Below, piece after piece: positions 20,563 to 30,814 of a stretch of 64,000 nucleotides of DNA. The first letter of the stretch is position 1; every line of letters begins with the position of its first letter. The position numbers and the translations under genes are program-made. This DNA is from Pseudomonadota bacterium (GTDB lineage Bacteria; Campylobacterota; Campylobacteria; Campylobacterales; Sulfurimonadaceae): positions 96,001-160,000 of the forward strand of contig JAZDQA010000005.1 of the NCBI GenBank assembly GCA_043797085.1, read 5' to 3'. The notes beneath the pieces were generated by a model that saw only the letters and a program-made list of their open reading frames with translations, was not told the DNA's origin and ran no database searches.

Positions 20563-21749
20563 ACAAAATATTAAAATTAATTGGCCGAGAAAAAGAACTT
20601 TTTACTGAAGATATCAGCTCTCATTCTAAAGAATTATCTCAAATTGTTTCTTCTTCTACCTTTTTAGTGATTGGTGGAGCAGGTTCTATAGGGCAAGCCG
20701 TTACAAAAGAAATTTTTAAACGAAATCCAAAAAAACTTCATGTTGTTGATATTAGCGAAAACAACATGGTTGAATTAGTCCGCGATATTCGCAGTTCTTT
20801 CGGATATATCGACGGAGATTTTCAAACCTTTGCCTTAGATATCGGTTCGGTTGAATACGATGCTTTTATAAAAGCAGATGGCAAGTATAACTATGTTTTA
20901 AATCTTTCGGCATTGAAACATGTACGAAGCGAAAAAGATCCATTTACGCTTATGAGAATGATTGAAACCAATGTTTTTAATACAGATAAAACACTTCAAC
21001 ACTCCATCGAAAATAGTACTAAAAAATATTTTTGTGTATCAACGGACAAAGCAGCAAATCCGGTAAATATGATGGGGGCAAGTAAACGCATTATGGAGAT
21101 GTTTGTGATGCGAAAATCTGAACAAATTAATGTCTCTATGGCACGTTTTGCTAATGTTGCTTTTAGTGATGGTTCACTTTTACATGGATTTAACCAGAGA
21201 CTGGAAAAAAATCAACCTCTAGTAGCGCCAAATGATATAAAAAGATACTTTGTAACTCCGCAAGAATCAGGTGAGCTTTGTCTGATGTCTTGTATCTTCG
21301 GAGAAAATCGTGATATCTTTTTTCCAAAACTTAGCGAAAATCTGCATCTTATTACTTTCGCAGATATAGCAGTAAAGTACTTAAAAGAAAAAGGGTATGA
21401 GCCATATTTGTGTAAAGATGAAGATGAAGCAAGAAAGCTCTCTTATACTTTGCCAGCGCAGGGCAAATGGCCTTGTCTTTTTACCTCCAGTGATACAACA
21501 GGTGAGAAAGATTTTGAAGAATTTTTCACCGATAGTGAGATGCTGGATATGGATAGATTCGAGAATCTTGGCGTGATCAAAAATGAGCTCACCTATGATG
21601 AATCAAAATTGAATCACTTTACGGATAAAATTGAACAAATGAAATTAGCACGAGAATGGACAAAAGATCAAATTGTTGAGTTGTTTTTTAAAATGATCCC
21701 AGATTTTGGTCACAAAGAAACTGGAAAATACCTTGATGGGAAAATGTAG
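20559..21749 (+). CDS. NDP-N-acetylglucosamine 4,6-dehydratase of the legionaminic acid pathway (LgaA-like)
   Basis: Motifs GGAGSIG, VVDISENNMVELVRDIRS, SALKHVRSE and STDKAANPVNMMGASKR; first gene of the nonulosonate cluster. Confidence 0.85.
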   Translation: MNKILKLIGREKELFTEDISSHSKELSQIVSSSTFLVIGGAGSIGQAVTKEIFKRNPKKLHVVDISENNMVELVRDIRSSFGYIDGDFQTFALDIGSVEYDAFIKADGKYNYVLNLSALKHVRSEKDPFTLMRMIETNVFNTDKTLQHSIENSTKKYFCVSTDKAANPVNMMGASKRIMEMFVMRKSEQINVSMARFANVAFSDGSLLHGFNQRLEKNQPLVAPNDIKRYFVTPQESGELCLMSCIFGENRDIFFPKLSENLHLITFADIAVKYLKEKGYEPYLCKDEDEARKLSYTLPAQGKWPCLFTSSDTTGEKDFEEFFTDSEMLDMDRFENLGVIKNELTYDESKLNHFTDKIEQMKLAREWTKDQIVELFFKMIPDFGHKETGKYLDGKM

Positions 21750-21750
21750 T

Positions 21751-22890
21751 ATGCAAGCTATTGTTGATTTTATCAAGCAAACATTTAATACACAAGAATT
21801 TATACCGCTGCATGAACCGCGGTTTATCGGCAATGAAAAAAAATATCTCAACGATTGCATCGACTCAACTTTTGTTTCAAGCGTTGGAAAATATGTAGAT
21901 ACCTTTGAAAAAGAGTTTGCAAAAACAGTCGGTAGCAAGTACTCTATAGCTACCGTAAACGGCACAGCGGCTCTTCATATATCTCTGATCTTGGCAGGTG
22001 TTACAAGAGATGACGAAGTCATAACCCAGCCGCTCACTTTTATTGCTACGTGTAATGCTATAAGTTACATTGGTGCAAAACCTATATTTGTCGATGTAGA
22101 TTTAGACACGATGGGTCTTAGCCCGAAATCCCTAGAAGCATTTTTGAAAGAGAACTGTGAGATTCGAGACGATAAATGTGTCAACAAAACCACTGGCAAA
22201 ATTATCAAAGCTTGTGTGCCAATGCACACTTTTGGACACTCCTGCAAAATAGATGAGATACAAGCTATTTGCAATGATTGGAACATAGAACTCGTAGAAG
22301 ATGCAGCCGAATCACTTGGAAGTTATTACAAAAATAAACACACTGGTACTTTTGGAAAAGTAAGTGCATTTAGTTTTAATGGTAATAAAATTATTACATC
22401 AGGAGGCGGTGGAGTAATCGTCACGGATGATGAAGCCCTTGCTAAAAGAGCAAAGCATCTCACAACAACGGCAAAAATCCCTCATCCCTATGAGTACGTC
22501 CATGATGAGATAGGGTATAACTACAGACTACCAAATCTCAACGCCGCTCTTTTGGTGGCACAACTAGAACAGCTTGAGATGTTTTTGGAGAGTAAAAGAG
22601 CCTTAGCAAAAGAGTACGATACATTTTTTTCTGCATCTAAAAATGCGCAGTTCATCAAAGAACCGCAAGAGAGTAGTTCAAACTACTGGCTTCAAGCCGT
22701 GCTTCTTCACGACAAAGAGCAAAGAGATGAGTTTTTGAGGTTTACCAATACAAACGGTGTGATGACACGACCCATTTGGCGACTGATGAACGAGTTGGAA
22801 ATGTTTCAAGATTGCCAATGCGCAAGTTTGAAAAATGCCAAATATCTTGAAGAGAGAGTTGTAAATATCCCTAGCAGTGTGAGAATCTAA
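21751..22890 (+). CDS. legC: LegC family PLP aminotransferase
   Basis: Motifs IPLHEP.F.GNE, STFVSSVG, NGTAALH, EDAAESLGS, SFNGNKIITSGGGG and GYNYRLPNLNAAL. Confidence 0.9.
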   Translation: MQAIVDFIKQTFNTQEFIPLHEPRFIGNEKKYLNDCIDSTFVSSVGKYVDTFEKEFAKTVGSKYSIATVNGTAALHISLILAGVTRDDEVITQPLTFIATCNAISYIGAKPIFVDVDLDTMGLSPKSLEAFLKENCEIRDDKCVNKTTGKIIKACVPMHTFGHSCKIDEIQAICNDWNIELVEDAAESLGSYYKNKHTGTFGKVSAFSFNGNKIITSGGGGVIVTDDEALAKRAKHLTTTAKIPHPYEYVHDEIGYNYRLPNLNAALLVAQLEQLEMFLESKRALAKEYDTFFSASKNAQFIKEPQESSSNYWLQAVLLHDKEQRDEFLRFTNTNGVMTRPIWRLMNELEMFQDCQCASLKNAKYLEERVVNIPSSVRI

Positions 22891-23462
22891 TGGAAGAGAT
22901 TATTCTAGTCGGTGGTGGTGGGCATTGTAAGTCGGTCATCGATGTGATTGAACAGCAAGCAAAATATCACATTGCTGGGATAATTGATAAAAAAGAGTTC
23001 TTAGGTACTGAGGTTTTAGGATATAAAGTCATTGGATGTGATGAAGACTTACCAAGTTTGCAAAAACAATATACATATGCCATAATCACAGTAGGGCAAA
23101 TCAAATCTAATGCTGTAAGAGTAAATCTTTTTGAAACCTTAAAAAAGCTTGGCTTTAATATGCCTGTTATCATTTCTCCGCTTGCCTATGTTTCACGCCA
23201 CGCATCCGTCGATGAGGGAACAGTAGTTTTGCACGGAGCGATTGTAAATTCACAGGCTAGAATAGGTAAAAATTGTATTATCAATACAAAATCCTTGATA
23301 GAGCACGATGCTGTAGTTGAAGACAACTGTCATATCTCTACGGGTGCGATTATAAATGGCGGTGTGATTGTAAAAGCAAATACGTTTTTTGGAAGCAATA
23401 CCACATCGAAAGAGTACATAACAATAGATGGATTTATAAAAGCTGGGAGTGTTGCGAAATGA
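22890..23462 (+). CDS. NeuD/PglD-family sugar acetyltransferase
   Basis: GGGGHCKSVID followed by hexapeptide repeats with INT..IEHD...HIS. Confidence 0.9.
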   Translation: MEEIILVGGGGHCKSVIDVIEQQAKYHIAGIIDKKEFLGTEVLGYKVIGCDEDLPSLQKQYTYAIITVGQIKSNAVRVNLFETLKKLGFNMPVIISPLAYVSRHASVDEGTVVLHGAIVNSQARIGKNCIINTKSLIEHDAVVEDNCHISTGAIINGGVIVKANTFFGSNTTSKEYITIDGFIKAGSVAK

Positions 23463-24457
23463 ATAAAGTATTTATAATAGCAGAAGCTGGTGTAAACCAT
23501 AATGGTTCTATTGAGCTTGCAAAAAAACTTATTGATGTAGCAAGTATATCGGGAGCTGATGCAGTTAAATTTCAAACATTTAAAGCTGAAAAATTAGTTT
23601 CTAAAAATGCACAAAAAGCCGACTATCAAAAGCAAACTACAGACAGCAATGAATCCCAATTTGATATGATAAAAAAACTCGAACTTGACTTAGACACTCA
23701 CAAAGAGCTTATATCGTATTGTAAAACAAAAAAGATCATGTTTCTTTCAACCCCATTTGATCACGATAGTATAGATATGCTTCATGATTTAGGCCTTGAA
23801 ATCTTTAAAATACCAAGTGGTGAGATCACAAACTTGCCGTATCTTAGACACATAGGAAGCATGGGTAAACAGGTGATACTCTCGACTGGTATGGCAGACA
23901 TGGGTGAGATAGAAGATGCTTTAGATATTTTGACAGAAGCGGGGACAAAAAAAGAGAACATTACCGTTCTCCATGCGAACACCATGTACCCAACTCCGAT
24001 GGAAGATGTAAATCTAAAAGCCATGGTAACGATAGGAAGCACCTTTGATGTGGCGTATGGCTACAGTGATCACACGCTTGGCATAGAGGTAGACATCGCT
24101 GCGGTTGCGATGGGAGCATGCTGCATAGAAAAACATTTTACATTGGACAAAACCATGGAAGGGCCTGACCACAAAGCAAGTCTTGAACCGGATGAACTCA
24201 AAGAGATGGTCAAAGCCATAAGAAACATAGAGCGTGCACTCGGAAGCAGGATCAAAAACCCCAGTAAGAGTGAAACTCCAAATATCCAAATCGCCAGAAA
24301 ATCAATTGTTGCGAAAACAGTTATTAAGAAAGGTGAGATGTTAAGTGAAGATAACCTTGCCGTAAAAAGACCTGGAAATGGGATAAGCCCCATGAGATGG
24401 GACGAGATAATCGGGACTATAGCACATAAAGATTATCAAGAAGATGAGCTTATATGA
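23459..24457 (+). CDS. neuB: Nonulosonate synthase (NeuB/LegI)
   Basis: Motifs IIAEAGVNHNG, ADAVKFQTF, KIPSGEITN, GYSDHTLG and IEKHFTLD; C-terminal SAF domain (KRPG.GISP). Confidence 0.95.
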   Translation: MNKVFIIAEAGVNHNGSIELAKKLIDVASISGADAVKFQTFKAEKLVSKNAQKADYQKQTTDSNESQFDMIKKLELDLDTHKELISYCKTKKIMFLSTPFDHDSIDMLHDLGLEIFKIPSGEITNLPYLRHIGSMGKQVILSTGMADMGEIEDALDILTEAGTKKENITVLHANTMYPTPMEDVNLKAMVTIGSTFDVAYGYSDHTLGIEVDIAAVAMGACCIEKHFTLDKTMEGPDHKASLEPDELKEMVKAIRNIERALGSRIKNPSKSETPNIQIARKSIVAKTVIKKGEMLSEDNLAVKRPGNGISPMRWDEIIGTIAHKDYQEDELI

Positions 24458-25617
24458 GAAAAATTTGTGTTGTGACTGGAACCCGTGCAGAGTATGGACT
24501 TCTCTATTGGCTCATGAAAGAGATAGAAGCTGATAGCGATTTAGAACTCCAACTGATAGTTACCGGAATGCACCTCAGTCCTGAGTTTGGTCTAACTTAT
24601 AAAGATATTGAAAAAGAATTCACGATCACAAAAAAAATTGAAATGCTCCTCTCAAGCGATACTTCGATCGGTATCTCAAAATCGATGGGATTGGCACAAA
24701 TATCGTTTGCTGAAGCTTATGAAGAACTTAAGCCTGATATTGTAGTTGTACTTGGCGATAGATACGAGATATTCAGTGCCGTAAGTGCCGCTATGATTGC
24801 CCGCATCCCGATCGCACACTTGCATGGTGGAGAAACGACGGAAGGGGCATTTGATGAATCGATCCGCCACAGCATTACCAAAATGGCGCATCTGCATTTC
24901 ACCGCCGCCGAAGAATACCACCACCGCGTCATTCAGCTCGGGGAACATCCTGAACGGGTTTTCAATGTTGGAGGAATGGGGATAGAAAATATAAAGCGAT
25001 TAAAGCTTTTATCCAAAGATGAATTTGAAAAGTCTATTGATTTTAAACTCAGTGAAAAAAATATACTCGTCACGTTTCATCCGGTGACTTTGGAAAATTC
25101 TACGGCTAAAGAGCAGTTTCAAGAACTGCTTGTCGCCATAGATGAGCTTGAAAATACACATATTGTTTTTACAAAAGCCAACAGCGACACAGACGGTCGT
25201 ATTATCAATGAAATGATTGACAAATATGTATCTCAAAATTCACATAAGGCAGTAGGCTTTACATCATTGGGTCAGCTAAGGTACCTAAGCGCTTTGCAAT
25301 ACATTGACGCGGTTGTTGGAAACAGTTCGAGCGGTATTGCCGAAGCTCCGAGTTTTAAGATAGCTACGATAAATATCGGTGAGAGGCAAAAAGGGCGTCT
25401 TAAAGCAGACAGTATTATCGAATGCAAACCGGATAAAAAGGAAATTCTTCACGCTTTCACGCAATTGTACTCAAATGGATTTCAAGAGGTTCTCAAAAAA
25501 GTTCAAAATCCTTACGGGGACGGGATAGCAAGTATAAAAATCGTTGATATTATTAAAAAAGTCGATTTGTCAAATATTTTGAAAAAATCTTTTTATAATT
25601 TAGGGAAAAACCAATGA
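24454..25617 (+). CDS. neuC: Hydrolysing NDP-HexNAc 2-epimerase (NeuC/LegG)
   Basis: Motifs VTGTRAEYGLL, TGMHLSPEFG, LGDRYE, HLHGGE, GNSSSGI.EAP and NIG.RQ.GR. Confidence 0.95.
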   Translation: MRKICVVTGTRAEYGLLYWLMKEIEADSDLELQLIVTGMHLSPEFGLTYKDIEKEFTITKKIEMLLSSDTSIGISKSMGLAQISFAEAYEELKPDIVVVLGDRYEIFSAVSAAMIARIPIAHLHGGETTEGAFDESIRHSITKMAHLHFTAAEEYHHRVIQLGEHPERVFNVGGMGIENIKRLKLLSKDEFEKSIDFKLSEKNILVTFHPVTLENSTAKEQFQELLVAIDELENTHIVFTKANSDTDGRIINEMIDKYVSQNSHKAVGFTSLGQLRYLSALQYIDAVVGNSSSGIAEAPSFKIATINIGERQKGRLKADSIIECKPDKKEILHAFTQLYSNGFQEVLKKVQNPYGDGIASIKIVDIIKKVDLSNILKKSFYNLGKNQ

Positions 25618-26660
25618 AATCAATAGAAAATATAAAACTCACCATAGAATCGACCATAAGGGAAGCCCTTAAAATTATTGACAGCGGGGCGATGCAAATC
25701 GCTATTGTTGTCGATGGGAATGATCGATTGGTCGGTACACTTACTGACGGTGATATTCGTAGAGGGTTATTAAATAATCTTTCATTGGATGAGTGTATTG
25801 AAAGTATTATTTTTAAAACACCGACGATAGCAACTTTAAATGAGACAAAAGAAGAAATTCTCCAAAAAGCACTGATAAAAAAACTTCATCAAATTCCTAT
25901 CGTAGATGACGAAAATCGTGTAATTGGTATCAAAGAGATCGAAGAGCTTGTTAAGCCACGGGTCAAAACAAATAAAGTCATTCTGATGGTAGGTGGATTA
26001 GGGAGCAGATTAAAACCGCTTACGGATAATACTCCCAAACCGATGTTAAAGGTAGGAAATAAACCTATCCTTCAGATAATCGTTGAGAAATTTTCCGAGT
26101 ACGGATTTGTCAATATCGTGATGTGCGTGAACTATAAATCGCATATCATTCAAGATTATTTTGGTGATGGTAGTGCATTCGGGGTAAATATCGAGTATAT
26201 TTTGGAAGAGCAGCGTATGGGGACGGCAGGGGCACTGAGTTTATTGAGATCGATACCGGAGGAACCGTTTTTTGTTATGAACGGAGATTTGCTTACCAAT
26301 GTTAATTTTGAGAATCTTCTCGATTATCATTGTGCACAAAATGCTGTAGCAACGATGGGTGTACGTGAGTATGACTTTCAGGTCCCTTATGGTGTTGTAA
26401 ATATTGATGGGAGCCGTATTCTTTCGATAGAAGAAAAACCGGTGCACAAATTTTTTGTCAGCGCCGGCATTTATATGCTTAGCCCTGAAGTAATTTCTAT
26501 TATTCCGCAAAATCAATTTTATGATATGCCGACCCTTTTTGAAAAAATTATTGCTACGGATGGGAGAGCATCTTCTTTTCCAATTCATGAGTATTGGCTT
26601 GATATAGGGCGGATGGATGACTATGAGCGGGCTAATAGCGAATATGAGTGTGTGTTTTAA
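25614..26660 (+). CDS. CBS-domain sugar-phosphate nucleotidyltransferase (PtmE/LgaF-like)
   Basis: N-terminal CBS pair (GTLTDGDIRRGLL), then GGLGSRL.PLT...PKPML, MNGDLLT and YWLDIG. Confidence 0.9.
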   Translation: MKSIENIKLTIESTIREALKIIDSGAMQIAIVVDGNDRLVGTLTDGDIRRGLLNNLSLDECIESIIFKTPTIATLNETKEEILQKALIKKLHQIPIVDDENRVIGIKEIEELVKPRVKTNKVILMVGGLGSRLKPLTDNTPKPMLKVGNKPILQIIVEKFSEYGFVNIVMCVNYKSHIIQDYFGDGSAFGVNIEYILEEQRMGTAGALSLLRSIPEEPFFVMNGDLLTNVNFENLLDYHCAQNAVATMGVREYDFQVPYGVVNIDGSRILSIEEKPVHKFFVSAGIYMLSPEVISIIPQNQFYDMPTLFEKIIATDGRASSFPIHEYWLDIGRMDDYERANSEYECVF

Positions 26661-27364
26661 TGTTTAATGATAAAACAATTTTGGCTATTGTTCCGGCACG
26701 CGGTGGGAGTAAACGGCTTCCGAGAAAGAATGTGCTTGATCTCGCCGGAAAACCTCTTATTGCTTGGACGATTGAAGCAGGATTAAAAAGTAAGTATATC
26801 GACAAGGTAGTTGTAACCAGCGATGACAATGAAATATTAGAGATATCACATTTATACGGAGCGGATTGTATAAAAAGGCCGTTGGATTTGGCAAGCGATA
26901 CAGCCACTACATTTGATGCGCTGAAACATACGATAGATCATTTAGAAAACTTTGATTATATTGTGTTACTGCAACCCACCAGCCCATTACGTAACGAACA
27001 AAACATTGATGAAGCGATTGACCTTCTTTTCAAAAGAGAAGCCGGTGCGGTGATATCTGTTTGTGAAATGGAACATAGCCCGCTGTGGAGCAACACCTTG
27101 CCGGAAGACGGTGAGATGTCCGAATTTTTACGCAAAGAGGTTTTGAATAAGCGAAGTCAGGACCTGCCTAGTTACTACAGGTTAAACGGAGCGGTTTATA
27201 TTTGTAAAACCGATAAACTCTTGAATGAGAAAACATTTTTTATCAAAGAAAAGATATTCGCTTATGTGATGAAAAAAGAGAATTCGGTTGACATAGATGA
27301 TCTATATGATTTTCATCTTGCTTCTGCAATTCTTAACTTTTTCCAGACGGGAAATAGATGCTGA
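26660..27364 (+). CDS. neuA: CMP-nonulosonate synthetase (NeuA/LegF)
   Basis: Motifs IVPARGGSKRLPRKN, LLQPTSPLR, RSQDLP..Y.LNGA and SVDIDD. Confidence 0.93.
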   Translation: MFNDKTILAIVPARGGSKRLPRKNVLDLAGKPLIAWTIEAGLKSKYIDKVVVTSDDNEILEISHLYGADCIKRPLDLASDTATTFDALKHTIDHLENFDYIVLLQPTSPLRNEQNIDEAIDLLFKREAGAVISVCEMEHSPLWSNTLPEDGEMSEFLRKEVLNKRSQDLPSYYRLNGAVYICKTDKLLNEKTFFIKEKIFAYVMKKENSVDIDDLYDFHLASAILNFFQTGNRC

Positions 27365-28593
27365 AAAAAATTATACACGGGACAATGATCTATGCACTGG
27401 GGGACATGATTGTTGTCGGAACGACAGGCTTTTTACTTCTTCCCGTCTATACAAAATATTTATCAAAAATTGATTATGCTACCTATTCTATCGTAATGAC
27501 GAATGCGACATTATTGATATATCTTAGTCATTTTGGATTGGTATCGGCATTTTCACGCCTCTATTTTGACTATTCTCGGCAGAATAAAACCAATGAGTAT
27601 ATTTCAACCCTTTTGATTTTACATACAACGTATGTTATGGCACTTTTTTTGGTGTTATATCTTTTTAGCGAACCAATTTGGCGCCTTATTTCCCCTCAAA
27701 CATCCGCTATCCCTTTCTTATTTTTTGCCATGGGGTTGGCTTTTTTTAGTTTTGTCCCTGCAATGTATTCGTTGTTATTACGTATACAAGAAAAAGCCTA
27801 TCAGTTTATAGCAATGCAGGTGGCAACCGTTGCCTTGATAGTATGTTCAACACTCTATTCTCTGGTTTATCTCGAAGGGGACATTGAGGTCATGCTTTTG
27901 TATCTTGTCATTGCCAACAGTCTGATATGGTTCATATCCGTGGGAATGATTTCAAAATATTTCATTTTTAGTGTCAACATGGAGTATGTTCAAAAGACAT
28001 TAAAATTTGCCTGGCCCATTTTTTTGAGCTACTTGGCCTATTTTTTACTCAATAAATACGGTTTGATTTTTTTACAACATTATGAAACCCTTGAGCAAAT
28101 CAGTTATTATACATTTGCGCAACAAATTTCTCTGATATTGGTCATTGCCGGGACTGCCTTTGGAAAAGTCGTTCAACCGATGATCTATGTACAAGAAAAA
28201 ATCGATCTGCAACAGCTTAAAAAAATAACTCTTTATTATCGATTTTTGCTAACGTTTATAGCGTTAGCACTTATCGCGGGTGCGGGACCGATCATAGAGC
28301 TATTGGGTTCATCCAAATACACCGATTCGAAAGTTGTCTTTAGCATCTTTATCATCGCAAACTACTTTTACCTTTTTTCGCAGATTGAATCTTTCGTATT
28401 GATGTACTACAAGCGTTCCTTGCAGATAATGTACATTACTGCGGGAGGGGCTCTGAGCGTGATCATTTTAGGTATGATTTTTATCCCGATATATGGGATA
28501 ATTGCCGGTGCTTTTGCTTTATTGGGCGGTAATTTCTTGATTGCAATGGTAAATATTTACGCGGCGAAAAAATTAATATACAAGGAAAATTAA
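27358..28593 (+). CDS. wzx: Wzx flippase
   Basis: About 12 hydrophobic segments; motifs LLLPVYTKYLS..DY, G..SAFSRLYFDY and PIYGIIAGA. Confidence 0.85.
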   Translation: MLKKIIHGTMIYALGDMIVVGTTGFLLLPVYTKYLSKIDYATYSIVMTNATLLIYLSHFGLVSAFSRLYFDYSRQNKTNEYISTLLILHTTYVMALFLVLYLFSEPIWRLISPQTSAIPFLFFAMGLAFFSFVPAMYSLLLRIQEKAYQFIAMQVATVALIVCSTLYSLVYLEGDIEVMLLYLVIANSLIWFISVGMISKYFIFSVNMEYVQKTLKFAWPIFLSYLAYFLLNKYGLIFLQHYETLEQISYYTFAQQISLILVIAGTAFGKVVQPMIYVQEKIDLQQLKKITLYYRFLLTFIALALIAGAGPIIELLGSSKYTDSKVVFSIFIIANYFYLFSQIESFVLMYYKRSLQIMYITAGGALSVIILGMIFIPIYGIIAGAFALLGGNFLIAMVNIYAAKKLIYKEN

Positions 28594-28595
28594 TA

Positions 28596-30128
28596 ATGGT
28601 TAAGAAAATTAAATATAATATCTGGGTAGTGAAAATGTCATTTTTGTGGTTGATTTATACCATAAATATGATCAAATTTATTGCTTCGATCTCTTTTGAT
28701 TCGCATCAAAAAGAGGGAAAAAATATTGCATTGATTGTTCAGCCGCTTTATATCATAAGCTGGCCATTTTATATGATGGCTCTTGGATTGTTTCTGCGAA
28801 AAAAAGGAAAAAAAGTCACGTATATAGTGGATGATAGCAATTTTGAAAAAAACAGACTTCTTTATGAGCTGAAAATGGTGATTATAAAACGCTGCATGCG
28901 AACACTTTCTGTAAAAGGGTTTAATGTTGTCAGCCTTTCTGATATACAGGTAAGTAATGAGGAGAGCTGTATATCCTCAGGAGAGCTGATGGCGTTTGCC
29001 CACATGCAGGCGATCTGGTTTACGCGGGGAGAAATGGAAATTGCAGAAAGAGAAAAAGAGTATACGAAGAATTTGCAAAAGCTCACCAGCGTGGCGCGCG
29101 CTATCGAGTCAACGGTTCGCGACACAGATGCCGAACGGATTATTGTCGCGGGAGGAATCGTAGGGACGTCAGGAATCTATCTTAAATGCGGGAAAGTGCT
29201 CAATATACCAGTATCAACGATCGATGGTGGCGTCGGGGTCAATCTGATGAGCAACAGCGGCCCAGCTGCACAATTGACCGATATAACGGTTGCATTTAAA
29301 TCGTTTCCGGAGGATGAAAAGCATTATGCTTATCAGGCAGCGGGTGAACAGCTGAAAAAAAGGATGGATGGGAAAGATACCTTTGCTTATCAAACCAAAA
29401 GAATTGAAGACAAACAACACGAATCCGGATCGATTCTTTTACTATTAAATTCGGTTTGGGATCAAGCGGCCCTTGGATTACATGCCCTCTATCCGGGAAT
29501 GAACGAGTGGATAGTTCAGACCGTCAAGTGGGTTGTGGAAAATACGGAAGAGACGATTATCGTCCGACAGCATCCGGCGGAACGGAATAAAATCGTTTCA
29601 ACCAAAGACGATTATAAAAAGCTGTTAGAGCCGTTTATCGGACATGAACGAGTTGTTTTCGTAGCAGCCGATAATGATATTAATACGTATGGTTTGATCC
29701 ATAAATCCAAAGTCGTCATCGCTTATTCGACGACGACCGCTTTGGAAACAACGATGATTGGTAAACCGGTCATTACAGTATCCAATTGCTACTATTCGGA
29801 GCTCGGTTTTGTCTATAAACCAAAGAGTCTTGAAGAATATTACAGCTATATCAGAGACGGGGTATCCGGCAGACTCGTTTTATCCGAATCCCAAAAAAAC
29901 GATGCGGCTTTGTGCTACTATCTCTCACAGGTGTGTAATTGGGTATTTACCGATTTTACCGCAACGATGGAAGATTTTGTCAAGTGGGTTAAAATGGATC
30001 CGGAGACCATCTACCTCTTACCTGAAATTCAGGAGATGCTGGATGCGTTTATAAGCGGTACACCTATTTCCTTGATTCGGCATAAAATAAATTTTTATCG
30101 GTCTCAAGCAGATAAATATAGTGATTGA
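28596..30128 (+). CDS. KpsS/capsule-synthesis-like GT-B protein, putative nonulosonic acid transferase
   Basis: C-terminal IIVRQHPAE (HP motif), NTYGLI and STTALE..MIGKPVI...YY; directly follows neuA-wzx. Confidence 0.6.
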   Translation: MVKKIKYNIWVVKMSFLWLIYTINMIKFIASISFDSHQKEGKNIALIVQPLYIISWPFYMMALGLFLRKKGKKVTYIVDDSNFEKNRLLYELKMVIIKRCMRTLSVKGFNVVSLSDIQVSNEESCISSGELMAFAHMQAIWFTRGEMEIAEREKEYTKNLQKLTSVARAIESTVRDTDAERIIVAGGIVGTSGIYLKCGKVLNIPVSTIDGGVGVNLMSNSGPAAQLTDITVAFKSFPEDEKHYAYQAAGEQLKKRMDGKDTFAYQTKRIEDKQHESGSILLLLNSVWDQAALGLHALYPGMNEWIVQTVKWVVENTEETIIVRQHPAERNKIVSTKDDYKKLLEPFIGHERVVFVAADNDINTYGLIHKSKVVIAYSTTTALETTMIGKPVITVSNCYYSELGFVYKPKSLEEYYSYIRDGVSGRLVLSESQKNDAALCYYLSQVCNWVFTDFTATMEDFVKWVKMDPETIYLLPEIQEMLDAFISGTPISLIRHKINFYRSQADKYSD

Positions 30129-30157
30129 ATAATAATGGAATAAATGGAGAGTTACAA

Positions 30158-30814
30158 ATGATGATGAAAAATTTGAAGATTTTTATAGCAGACCCTTGGT
30201 CACGAAAAATACATATACTTGGGTATGTTTACTATAAAATTAAAACAATGTTGCTTTATAAGCATTTTCTTAAAGAATGCGGTAAAAGTACAATTATAAA
30301 AACTCCTATGTTTTGGATGCCTGAGTATATGAGCATTGGAAAAAATGTATTAATTTGGCCCAGTTGCCGTATTGAGGCTATCAATAGATATGGAAAGGAA
30401 GAGTATACTCCTCATATTATCATTGGAGATTACGTAAACATACAGCAAAATTGTCATATAACGGCGGCGGATGAGTTGCGTATCGGTAACGAGACCACGA
30501 TATCGTTTGGCGTGTCGATTCAGGACACCGATCACGAATATCAACAAATTAATGTTAATATTCTGCAACAGCCGCTTCTGGTCAAAAAGACAACCATCGG
30601 GGAGAATTGCTTTATCGGATCGGGTGCCAAAATATTGGCTGGGACGGTACTGGGGAGACAATGTATTGTGGGGGCTAATGCTGTAGTGCGCGGTATATTT
30701 CCGGACTATTGTGTCATTGCCGGAATTCCGGCAAAAATTATCAAGCGATATAACCTCGAAACCAAAGAATGGGCTAGAACAAACGCAATAGGAGAATTTG
30801 TCAATGGCAATTAA
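30158..30814 (+). CDS. Hexapeptide-repeat (LbH) O-acetyltransferase
   Basis: Motifs IGDYVNIQQNCHIT, DTDHEY and IGENCFIGSGAKILAG..LG..CIVGANAVV; ATG at 30158 after GGAG. Confidence 0.9.
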   Translation: MMMKNLKIFIADPWSRKIHILGYVYYKIKTMLLYKHFLKECGKSTIIKTPMFWMPEYMSIGKNVLIWPSCRIEAINRYGKEEYTPHIIIGDYVNIQQNCHITAADELRIGNETTISFGVSIQDTDHEYQQINVNILQQPLLVKKTTIGENCFIGSGAKILAGTVLGRQCIVGANAVVRGIFPDYCVIAGIPAKIIKRYNLETKEWARTNAIGEFVNGN

